Virus record (IMG/VR): IMGVR_UViG_3300032085_000337
Location: 1-64,000 of that record
Length of the DNA: 64,000 nt
Direction: 5' to 3' (one strand)
Source: a virus
Part shown: positions 52,859-61,039 of the stretch, one piece after another
Layout of the letters: every line of letters starts with the position of its first letter
How positions within the stretch are numbered: the stretch's first letter is position 1
Translations under genes and position numbers: made by a program
The notes under the pieces: model-generated
Database searches by the model: none
Seen by the model: only the letters and a program-made list of their open reading frames with translations
What the model was told of the DNA's origin: nothing

Positions 52859-54526
52859 ATGGCACTGGTAGCAGATGCAATTAAGTACGCCAAAGACATA
52901 TCAGATGGTAAAATATTAGCTAATAAATACGTCCGCTTGCAGTGCCAATCATTCCTCAATGACCTAGAGACTAATCAGCATGAAGAGGGCTTCCGCTGGC
53001 AGTTTTCAGAAGAGCTTGCTAGTCACGCACTAGGCTTCATGCAACTGTTCAAGTACGTTGAGGGGACGGTAGCTGGCCAACAGGTCAATCTATCCCCTTG
53101 GCAAGCATTCTTGATTGCTAATGCTTATGGTTGGGTTGATAAGCTCAATGATGGCATCAGGCGCTATACACGACTAATCTCTTTGGTTGGTCGTAAGAAC
53201 GCTAAGTCTACTGTCTTGGCTCTTGTGGGTCTTTATGAGCTACGCTTTGGCCCTGAAGGCTCTCAGCTAGTCACTATGGCTACACAGAAGGAGCAGGCTA
53301 AACTTGTGTGGAACATGAGTGGCCGTATGGCTGAGACTTCAGACCAGCGCTTGCTACCTAGTTATAACCGCACAGTGTCCACTATCTCTAATAAAGACAA
53401 TTGGACACGCTATTGGCCACTGTCTAAGGAAAGTAAGCGTCTTGATGGTCTGAACATTCGTTTGGCTATCATTGATGAAGCTGCTGCTATCCGTGACGAG
53501 AACCTCTTTGATGTTGTTACATCATCTATGGGTTCGCAGTTGTCACCACAAACTTGGATGATCACTACAGGTCAGACGGGGGCTGAGAGTAACCCTTTTA
53601 TGAAGTCTTTAGACTACGGTAAGAAGGCGCTTGATGGTGTAGTTGATGACCAGCGTGTGTTCACACTAGCTTATCATATTGATGAAGATGATGACTGGAA
53701 TGACCCTACGGTTTGGATCAAAGCTAACCCTAATCTTGGCATCAGTGTCTCTGAAGAGTTCTTGATGGAAGAGATGAAGGAAGCTGAGAACATCCCTAGC
53801 AAAGCTGTTAATTTCAAAGTGAAATACTGCAACCAATTCCTTAGCACTGCGGAAGCTTGGTTGGACGTAGCTTTGTGGAACAAGTGTACAACCTCTAAGC
53901 TGCCCACTGAGGGCCTCCCTCTTTATGTTGGCATGGACTTAGGCGCAACATCAGACTTAACCGCTGTGGCTCTTCTATGGGACGCTGATGGCACTTACTA
54001 TGTTGACTTCAGGGCTTGGATACCTGAAGAGGCATTTAAGTCCTGTCCTAAGCATGTGAGGTCTGTTTATGACCAAGCTGCTGAGAGTGGCCACCTAGTT
54101 ATCACTGAGGGTGACGTAGCTGACCACAATGCTGTTTACGACTACCTAACTGAACTAGCAGAACTTGAGCAAGTCAAGGAGATAGCTTTTGATAGCTGGT
54201 CAGCAGTACACCTGACTTCTAGGCTTACTGAAGCTGGCCTGCCCATGGTGCGCTACGACCAGAGCATGAAAGCTATGTCTCCAGCTTCTAAGGAGGCTGA
54301 GATACTCATTCGCAATAGGTCTATCCAACACCTTGGGAAGCCTTTCTTTGGTTGGTGTTTTAATAACTGTGAGCTTTACACAGATGCTAATGAGAACATC
54401 AAGGTGCGTAAGGGGCCAGACCCAGCGCTCAAGATTGACCCTATTATCGCTATGATTATGGCTGTTGGCCGAGCTACACTTCAACAGGCTGAGAAGCCAA
54501 AGAAGTTCAGCTTCTATATAGATTAA
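52859..54526 (+). CDS. terL: Terminase large subunit (HK97/Terminase_1-like)
   Basis: L.PWQ.F, GRKNAKS, LDGLN..IIDE, WIKANPNLG, GMDL..SDL, KIDP; AAGGA RBS before ATG 52859. Confidence 0.93.
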   Translation: MALVADAIKYAKDISDGKILANKYVRLQCQSFLNDLETNQHEEGFRWQFSEELASHALGFMQLFKYVEGTVAGQQVNLSPWQAFLIANAYGWVDKLNDGIRRYTRLISLVGRKNAKSTVLALVGLYELRFGPEGSQLVTMATQKEQAKLVWNMSGRMAETSDQRLLPSYNRTVSTISNKDNWTRYWPLSKESKRLDGLNIRLAIIDEAAAIRDENLFDVVTSSMGSQLSPQTWMITTGQTGAESNPFMKSLDYGKKALDGVVDDQRVFTLAYHIDEDDDWNDPTVWIKANPNLGISVSEEFLMEEMKEAENIPSKAVNFKVKYCNQFLSTAEAWLDVALWNKCTTSKLPTEGLPLYVGMDLGATSDLTAVALLWDADGTYYVDFRAWIPEEAFKSCPKHVRSVYDQAAESGHLVITEGDVADHNAVYDYLTELAELEQVKEIAFDSWSAVHLTSRLTEAGLPMVRYDQSMKAMSPASKEAEILIRNRSIQHLGKPFFGWCFNNCELYTDANENIKVRKGPDPALKIDPIIAMIMAVGRATLQQAEKPKKFSFYID

Positions 54527-54541
54527 CCAAAGGAGGCATAA

Positions 54542-55732
54542 ATGCCATCACTTTTAGATTGGCTACGGCCTTCAACTGTCACAGATGACGTCCCAACAAC
54601 AAACAGCAACTTTACCTTCTCTATTGCAGCTAACCCTAATAGTGCAGTTGAGGTGACACCTGAGAACGCTATGACTAACGCTACGGTGTTTACATGTCTT
54701 AGTGTCCTTGGGACTGCTGTATCACAACTCCCGGTAGCTGTAATGAAAGAGGGCGATAAGTCCTTCTCACCAGTTAAGCACTACGTTAACGATTTGCTTA
54801 AGAAGCCTAACGCTTCCCAAAGTCAATACGAGTTCCTCTACGGTATTGTGGTGGACCTTATGCTCTACGGCAACTGCTACATCCAGAAGATCACCACAAG
54901 CTCTGGTAAGGTCATTGAGTTGGTCCCATTGCCAGCCAATGAGGTTGAGACCGTGTTGTCTATCTCAGGCAAGCGCACGTTTATCTTGAATAAGAAGGTC
55001 TACACAGAGAAAGAGATCATTCACCTTCGTGACTTTGTTGGACAAGAGGCTCAAGGTCTTTCTCGTGTTAAGCAGACAGCCCGTCTGGTGGCTATAGACA
55101 ATGCTATTGACGTTCTTATCGCCGATACCTTTGTCAACGGCACTAGTGCCTCTGGCATCGTTAGTTTCCCTGATGATGTTGAGCCTGCCACAGCCCAAGC
55201 GTTTACAGACGCATGGTCACGCAAGTTCGGCAAAGGTGGCACTACTCGTGGTTCTGTGGCTGTCATTGGTGGTGGGGCAACCTTCCAACAACTTTCACCA
55301 CTAAGCCCTGCTGATGGTGACATCCAGTCACTGAAGGAACAGACTACAGCCCGCATTGGTGCTGTCTTCCGTATCCCTTCGCACATGCTGGAGATATTCA
55401 GTGGCGCTAAGTACAGCAACGTACAGGTCCGCAATACAGCTTTCTATCGTGATAGCATTGCCCCACTAACAACCTTGATTGAGCAGAAGCTGACTTTTGG
55501 TCTTCTTGGTGACAGTGGCTTAACTATCCGCTTTGATGCTGCTGACTTGCTTCGTGGTGATCTTCAGCAAGCCACTACTGTGGCTGTAGACGCTGTGGGT
55601 GCTGGGCTGCTTAGCGTTGATGAGGCCCGTGCCCTTATGGGTTACAGTCCTATGGCTGAAGAGGATAAACCTAAGCCGCCACAACAAATACCAACACAAG
55701 AGGAGGTACAAGAAGATGTGGATGATTCGTAG
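54542..55732 (+). CDS. HK97-family portal protein
   Basis: LLKKPN, LMLYGNCY, IIHLR..GLS, IGAVFRIP, DEARALMGY.P. Confidence 0.93.
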   Translation: MPSLLDWLRPSTVTDDVPTTNSNFTFSIAANPNSAVEVTPENAMTNATVFTCLSVLGTAVSQLPVAVMKEGDKSFSPVKHYVNDLLKKPNASQSQYEFLYGIVVDLMLYGNCYIQKITTSSGKVIELVPLPANEVETVLSISGKRTFILNKKVYTEKEIIHLRDFVGQEAQGLSRVKQTARLVAIDNAIDVLIADTFVNGTSASGIVSFPDDVEPATAQAFTDAWSRKFGKGGTTRGSVAVIGGGATFQQLSPLSPADGDIQSLKEQTTARIGAVFRIPSHMLEIFSGAKYSNVQVRNTAFYRDSIAPLTTLIEQKLTFGLLGDSGLTIRFDAADLLRGDLQQATTVAVDAVGAGLLSVDEARALMGYSPMAEEDKPKPPQQIPTQEEVQEDVDDS

Positions 55733-55883
55733 GCCAACAGGCACAATCTACTCACGCAAGACCCTTGCTGGTCTAAAGGCAGCGTATGGTGGAAACAAGA
55801 AAGAGCTAGAGGCCCAAGGTTGGCTTTTCGTTAATCTTGAGGAACCTAAGAAGAAGGAAGAAACCGTTGCAGATGATAAGTAA
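55716..55883 (+). CDS. 55-aa basic hypothetical protein
   Basis: AGGAGG RBS before ATG 55716; bridges portal and protease genes. Confidence 0.55.
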   Translation: MWMIRRPTGTIYSRKTLAGLKAAYGGNKKELEAQGWLFVNLEEPKKKEETVADDK

Positions 55884-56511
55884 ATCTATACCGTTGCAGA
55901 TTGAGGCTAAGGCTGATGCTCCAGCGGGGACAATCTCAGCTTATCTTACAACCTTTGGTAACTCTGATGTTGTCTCTGACATCATGGCTAAGGGTTCCCT
56001 TGATAAGTTTATTGCTAAGTTCAATCCACAAGCCAAGAAGCTCCCAATGTTCTACGAGCATGACCACACATCTATCATTGGTGAGTGGACAGGGCTTAAG
56101 GCTGATGAACATGGTGTAGTTGGCGAGGGTGTTCTTTACACTGAGACTACCAAAGGCTCTGATGTTTACAAGCTAATGAAGCGTAACGCTGTTAGCTCTG
56201 TCTCCATTGGCTTTCGTAGCTCAGACTTTGAAAAGAATGATGATGGTGGACGCACGTTCAAGGAGATTGAGCTTGTAGAGACCTCTGTGGTCCTTAACCC
56301 TGCTAATGACCAAGCACAGATCATGTCCGTTAAATCTGATGATGGCTACATTGAAACAGCAGCGCTTAAGAAACACCTGATTGAAGGTGGTTTGACTAAG
56401 GCTGAATGTGAAGCCCTGTTCCTTAACGGATGGAAAGGCCTAAAGATGCTCCGTGAGACGGACATCAAGGCAGAAACACTAGCTGAAGCACTTAAGCGCT
56501 TTAAGCTGTAA
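55873..56511 (+). CDS. HK97-family prohead protease
   Basis: PMFYEHD..IG.W, SVSIGF, LVETSVVLNPAN. Confidence 0.92.
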   Translation: MISKSIPLQIEAKADAPAGTISAYLTTFGNSDVVSDIMAKGSLDKFIAKFNPQAKKLPMFYEHDHTSIIGEWTGLKADEHGVVGEGVLYTETTKGSDVYKLMKRNAVSSVSIGFRSSDFEKNDDGGRTFKEIELVETSVVLNPANDQAQIMSVKSDDGYIETAALKKHLIEGGLTKAECEALFLNGWKGLKMLRETDIKAETLAEALKRFKL

Positions 56512-56622
56512 CCAGTTTGGGGCGGAATGCTCTAATATCACCCTACCAACCCAAAACCCTATAAGACTATTTGTGCAGTGGAATACTGCCTTTGTGTCTC
56601 TATCATCTCTGAAAGGATGAAC

Positions 56623-57726
56623 ATGACTATTGAAGTAAATGAAGCCCTTGAAGCTATCAAGGCACAAGTCTCTGAGAAGTTTGAAGGTGTAGCTGTTAAG
56701 GCTGACCTTGAGGCACTCACAGAAACCAAAGCAGACGTAGCATCTGTGGTTGAATTGAAAGGCCACCTTGAAGCTCTTGAAGCCAAGTTCGACGCTATGC
56801 CTGCACCATCTATCCTTAAAGCAACCCAAGAAGAGGTTAAACTTATGAACTCAGTATCCGAAGGCTTTGCAAAGTCATTTGAAGCCACAGGCAAGAACCA
56901 TCTTGATGTAGAGCTTAAGGCTATCACTCAGGGTCGTGACGTTACTGGTGGTAAAGTTGAAACATTCGGTCTCATTGGCTCAATGTTCAATGGCAACCCA
57001 ATTCGCTCACTTGCTTCTGTTATGAACACCACAAGCAAAGCCATTGACCTGCCAGTTCGTGCAGGCAACCACGGTGCTGCTAACGCTGGTGCAATTAAGA
57101 ACGTAGCTGACAACGGCAACGCAAGCGTGGGTGTTACACAGTTGATCGTCCAAACTTTCAACGCACGTTCAGATGTCACTATTGAAGCTGTCAACGACAT
57201 TCCGGGATTTGACCAATTCTGGGCACAAGACATGCTTGCTGAAGTAGCCTCTATTGAAGCTGCTGAGCATGTTACTGAGCTTGCAACTATGGATGTTGGT
57301 AAAACAGCCGCATCAACATCTGTTATCACTTGGGACGAGATCGTTGATCTTTACTACTCAATTGAGCCAGCGGCTCGTGTTGGTGGTTCCTTCATGTTCT
57401 CAAGCGAAGTAATGGCGCAACTCCGTACACTTTCTAACAGTGGTACAGGTTCTGAGCTTATGTTCGACCCACAGCTTGGTGGCTTCCGTCTGTTCGGTGC
57501 TCCAGTGTACGAAAACGGCTACATGGCTGCGCCTGCTGCTAACGCTGTTACAGGTGCATTCGGTGACTGGAAGAAGGGCCTTGTGATTGCACAACGTGCT
57601 TCAGCGTCTCTTGGTCGCTACGACCAGACTGTTCCCGGTAAGTATGTCTATTACGCTGAAATGCGTTCAGGTATCTCTAACTGGGATAACTCAGCCCTGA
57701 AGACACTTAAAATGGCTGCTGTTTAA
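56623..57726 (+). CDS. HK97-fold major capsid protein
   Basis: N-terminal coiled delta domain; LFGAPV, FGDW; after the protease gene. Confidence 0.9.
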   Translation: MTIEVNEALEAIKAQVSEKFEGVAVKADLEALTETKADVASVVELKGHLEALEAKFDAMPAPSILKATQEEVKLMNSVSEGFAKSFEATGKNHLDVELKAITQGRDVTGGKVETFGLIGSMFNGNPIRSLASVMNTTSKAIDLPVRAGNHGAANAGAIKNVADNGNASVGVTQLIVQTFNARSDVTIEAVNDIPGFDQFWAQDMLAEVASIEAAEHVTELATMDVGKTAASTSVITWDEIVDLYYSIEPAARVGGSFMFSSEVMAQLRTLSNSGTGSELMFDPQLGGFRLFGAPVYENGYMAAPAANAVTGAFGDWKKGLVIAQRASASLGRYDQTVPGKYVYYAEMRSGISNWDNSALKTLKMAAV

Positions 57727-57740
57727 ACCTTAACCTTGTT

Positions 57741-57767
57741 GGCCCCTGAGCACTACGCTTGGGGGTC
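57741..57767 (+). repeat. Conserved hairpin copy 1 (after MCP)
   Basis: GGCCCCTGAGCA-CTAC-GCTTGGGGGTC. Confidence 0.75.
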
Positions 57768-57791
57768 ACCTCAACTGTAAGGAGAGAGCAT

Positions 57792-58337
57792 TTGACCTAC
57801 CAAGTAACTATCCCAGCTACTGCATCACTTGTGCCTGTAGCTGATCTAAAGACCCACCTGCTGTTGTTCGGTGACACTTCCTATGACACTGAGCTACAAG
57901 ACATCCTTCTTACTGCTGAGGGTTTTGTTTCTGACTTCCTAGGGGACTTTCTAGCTACCACAACAGTCAGGAAGAACATTGTAGCCTTTGGTGATATTGA
58001 GCTACCCCACAAATCACCCACTAACATTGTGGTGTCTTATTGGGACACAAGCAACACTGCACAAGTTTGGCCTTCAAGTAACTATGTGGTTGACACCTCT
58101 GATGTTTACCCAGTTATTATCTTCAACACTAACCCTTCTGGGTTCTCGACAAAGTTCGCTAACAAAGGCTTTGTGACCTACGACACAGTGCTGGACCCAG
58201 TTACAGCTAAGATTAAACACGCAGTGCTTCTTATTGCCGCTGAACTGTTTGAGAACCGCAACAACTCCTCAGAAAAGAAGATGGAGAAGGTTCAGCTTAC
58301 AGCTATGAGACTGATGCAATCTCTGCGGGGGTGGTAG
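57792..58337 (+). CDS. Head-tail connector (HK97 gp6/SPP1 gp15-like)
   Basis: LKTHL...D..L, IKHAVLLIAAELFENR; AAGGAG RBS with TTG start. Confidence 0.85.
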   Translation: MTYQVTIPATASLVPVADLKTHLLLFGDTSYDTELQDILLTAEGFVSDFLGDFLATTTVRKNIVAFGDIELPHKSPTNIVVSYWDTSNTAQVWPSSNYVVDTSDVYPVIIFNTNPSGFSTKFANKGFVTYDTVLDPVTAKIKHAVLLIAAELFENRNNSSEKKMEKVQLTAMRLMQSLRGW

Positions 58338-58338
58338 T

Positions 58339-58671
58339 ATGCTAACATTCCCAAAGAAGGCTGAGTTCTACACAAAGTCCGACACTTACAATGATTATGG
58401 GGAACCAATAGCATCAGGGGCGCTTTCGTTCACTACAGGTGTTCGCATGACCACTTTATCGTTTAAGGATATGGTTAAGGCCACTGGAACTATAGACACC
58501 AGTCAGTTCTTTGTGTTCACTCGAAAGAACCCTAACACCCTAGCTGTTGTGGTTGGGGACTTCATTAAGGTTGATGGTCAGTCTTTTGAGGTTATAGGTA
58601 TTGACCCTATTTATGGCAAACGCTCAGACATTACGTTCCTTGTGGACCTAATTGAAGACCCTGTGGTTTAA
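58339..58671 (+). CDS. Head closure protein (SPP1 gp16-like)
   Basis: NDYGEP, IKVDGQSFEVIGIDP; position. Confidence 0.75.
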   Translation: MLTFPKKAEFYTKSDTYNDYGEPIASGALSFTTGVRMTTLSFKDMVKATGTIDTSQFFVFTRKNPNTLAVVVGDFIKVDGQSFEVIGIDPIYGKRSDITFLVDLIEDPVV

Positions 58672-58680
58672 GGAGGTAAC

Positions 58681-59049
58681 ATGCAACTAACTAAAGACTT
58701 CGCAGCTAAACTAGCGACAGCTACCTCTCCAACACGGGCCTTCCCAGCTATCTCTAAGTCCACTGACCTACCTGCTGTAGTCTACTCTGGCAGGGGTGGT
58801 ATTCGTGAGGCATTTTATAGTGGCTCTTACGGACTGCGTGAGACACGCTTTCAGGTTGATGTTTACGCTAAGACCTACACTGAGGTATCAACCCTAAAGG
58901 ACAGCATCCTAGCGGCCTTTCACGGCTTCTCAGGGGCTATGGGTTCCTCTACTGTAAGCAGGTCAACTGTAGACAACACCTTAGAAACATTTGATGATAG
59001 TGGTGAGAAGATTTACCGCATAATCATTGAGATCACTTTACTTGACTAA
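58681..59049 (+). CDS. Tail terminator (DUF3168-like)
   Basis: LPAVVY, RFQVDVYAKTY. Confidence 0.8.
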   Translation: MQLTKDFAAKLATATSPTRAFPAISKSTDLPAVVYSGRGGIREAFYSGSYGLRETRFQVDVYAKTYTEVSTLKDSILAAFHGFSGAMGSSTVSRSTVDNTLETFDDSGEKIYRIIIEITLLD

Positions 59050-59073
59050 CAACCTCCCTAGAAAGGAAACACT

Positions 59074-59541
59074 ATGGCTTCTGTAACAGGTCGTGCCGCA
59101 GGCTTTATCGCCACACTTTACTACTCAGCTACTGTTGATACTGGTAAAACTATCCTATCAATGGCCACAACAGCCGCATCTGGCAATGAGGTTCTTGATG
59201 TAGCTGACATTGGTTCGCTCAATAAGACCCGCACAGTCATTGACATCCCTGTTTATGGTGATGATGTTAAGGGTAAGCTACCGGGCCAAGCAGACCCCGG
59301 CTCCTTTGACTTCAATGTTACCCTAAACCTTGATGACGCTATCCACACTGCTCTGCGTGATGATGATGGTTTGACTATCCACACCTTTGTGATTAAGTTT
59401 ACACAGGGTGCTAACATCACTTATGCAGTCTTTGATGGTTATGTTGGTGATGCAACAGTCTCACAGCCTATTGATGACCGTATCCAGATGGATGTGTCAG
59501 TAGCTCGTGCTGGTGCTATCACATGGCTTGACGCAGCCTAA
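59074..59541 (+). CDS. Major tail tube protein
   Basis: PGQADPGSFDF, FDGYV; position after the terminator. Confidence 0.8.
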   Translation: MASVTGRAAGFIATLYYSATVDTGKTILSMATTAASGNEVLDVADIGSLNKTRTVIDIPVYGDDVKGKLPGQADPGSFDFNVTLNLDDAIHTALRDDDGLTIHTFVIKFTQGANITYAVFDGYVGDATVSQPIDDRIQMDVSVARAGAITWLDAA

Positions 59542-59547
59542 TCAATC

Positions 59548-59574
59548 GGCCCCTGAGCATTGTGCTTGGGGGTC
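59548..59574 (+). repeat. Conserved hairpin copy 2 (after tail tube)
   Basis: GGCCCCTGAGCA-TTGT-GCTTGGGGGTC; differs from copy 1 only in the four central bases. Confidence 0.75.
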
Positions 59575-59598
59575 GCCTTATTTAATGAAAGAGATAGA

Positions 59599-59850
59599 AT
59601 GACAAAACCAAAAACCTTGATTGATGACGCACTGCTACAGGCTATGTTGGACCAATCACAATTTGCAGCCCCGCAAGAAGAGGAGTTCTGGTACAGCCGA
59701 GGGATGCAAAAGAGATATGTGTTCGAGATTGGCGCTAAGTTGCTAGTGTCTGAGGAGATGACACCACTAGAGGCCATTGAGATGGCTCAGGAATACGTTG
59801 ACACATTCTATGAAACAACAATGTCACCCCAAGGGTGGAAGAAGGATTAA
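59599..59850 (+). CDS. Hypothetical protein
   Basis: 83 aa acidic ORF between tail tube and chaperone genes. Confidence 0.6.
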   Translation: MTKPKTLIDDALLQAMLDQSQFAAPQEEEFWYSRGMQKRYVFEIGAKLLVSEEMTPLEAIEMAQEYVDTFYETTMSPQGWKKD

Positions 59851-59855
59851 ACTAA

Positions 59856-60167
59856 ATGGCTAAACTAGGTAAAGTGAAAAGCAGCAAACCACTTAGTATT
59901 GGGATTGATGGTGTCTTCATTAAGAATATGCCAGCCAAACGGATGCAAGACTTGTTCGGCAATATTGATGAGCGCCTAAAGTCAGAGCCTGAAGGTGTTG
60001 TAGTTGAGCTTTTCAATGAGCTAATCTGTGACGACAGTGGGGATGTGTTCGAGGATGTAGCTACTTATGAAGCTATCCTTGATGTTCTTTCTATCAAAGA
60101 TATTCGTGACATCATGAAAGCAATTGCTGAAACAATGAACCCGAGTGCTAAAGACTTGGGAAAGTAA
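59856..60167 (+). CDS. Tail assembly chaperone (lambda G-like)
   Basis: Ends ...LGK* on a GGGAAAG slippery site. Confidence 0.8.
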   Translation: MAKLGKVKSSKPLSIGIDGVFIKNMPAKRMQDLFGNIDERLKSEPEGVVVELFNELICDDSGDVFEDVATYEAILDVLSIKDIRDIMKAIAETMNPSAKDLGK

Positions 60168-60562
60168 AGACACAGTGGTTATCTCAAGTTAGAACCTTTA
60201 TGCTTGCCAATGGTTCTAGCTTGTCCACTGTGGATGCTCTTCCACTAGGAGACGCTAAGGCCCTCTATGTCACTCTACAGGGTGGCCTGTGGGGGCCTTA
60301 TGGTGAGGCACACAAGACTTATGCACTGTACTGCTCCCAACACCTTCAGAAAGAGGTTGCTGTGGCTGTAGCTCAAGGTAAGAAGTACAAGCCTACGCAG
60401 CCTTTGGACTTCCACGAGATGTTCCCAGTCTATGATGACTTCCACTCTCTCGGACAGGGTAAGTTGAGACGAAAGCAAGCCAAGAGAGACAGTGTGGCGT
60501 TGAAGGCCCTTTCTGTACTACCAGCAGAGGGCGCACCAAAGTGGCTGAAGGAGCTAACGTAA
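60158..60562 (+). CDS. Tail assembly chaperone frameshift extension (lambda T-like)
   Basis: -1 frame from GGGAAAG (60158-64) is open into ORF 60200-60562. Confidence 0.8.
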   Translation, partial: GKVKTQWLSQVRTFMLANGSSLSTVDALPLGDAKALYVTLQGGLWGPYGEAHKTYALYCSQHLQKEVAVAVAQGKKYKPTQPLDFHEMFPVYDDFHSLGQGKLRRKQAKRDSVALKALSVLPAEGAPKWLKELT

Positions 60563-61035
60563 TGTCTACAAAGGAAATTGAGGTAAAGGGACTAAGGGAG
60601 CTTGAAAAGGCTCTCTTGGCACTACAGAAGGAATACGGTGGCAAGGCTGGAGCACAGGCTATGCGGCCTGCTGTAACTGCTGCCATTAAGCCACTAAAGC
60701 AACAGGTCATTCAAGACACACCTGTTGATAGTGGGGCTTTGCAGGCATCTATTAAACAAACTGTTGGTGCAGTGACTAAGGACATGTTGTCCCACTCCAG
60801 AAACCACTACAACAACACAACCGTAATTGCAGGTCGTGTTGGTTACTTTGGAAACAAAGTCTACAAGAGGGCTATTTCTGTTGAGTATGGCACAATAGAT
60901 ATCGCAGCACAGCACAATCTAGAGAACGTATTCGACCGTGAAGCCAAGGGAATGGCTACAAGGTTTGGAAGTAAACTTGGGCCAGCTATCGAAAAGAAAG
61001 CTAAAGCTCTTCACAATAAACAAATGAAAGGCTAA
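60562..61035 (+). CDS. HK97 gp10-like tail completion protein
   Basis: IEVKGLRELEKAL, TPVDSGALQASI, VEYGT. Confidence 0.85.
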   Translation: MSTKEIEVKGLRELEKALLALQKEYGGKAGAQAMRPAVTAAIKPLKQQVIQDTPVDSGALQASIKQTVGAVTKDMLSHSRNHYNNTTVIAGRVGYFGNKVYKRAISVEYGTIDIAAQHNLENVFDREAKGMATRFGSKLGPAIEKKAKALHNKQMKG

Positions 61036-61039
61036 GTTT

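Noticed and set aside
56512-56622. Phage-RNAP promoter upstream of the capsid gene (AAAACCCTATAAGA)
   Set aside because: Spacing and core differ from the 41570/41690 motif; too weak to call without a PWM scan or TSS data
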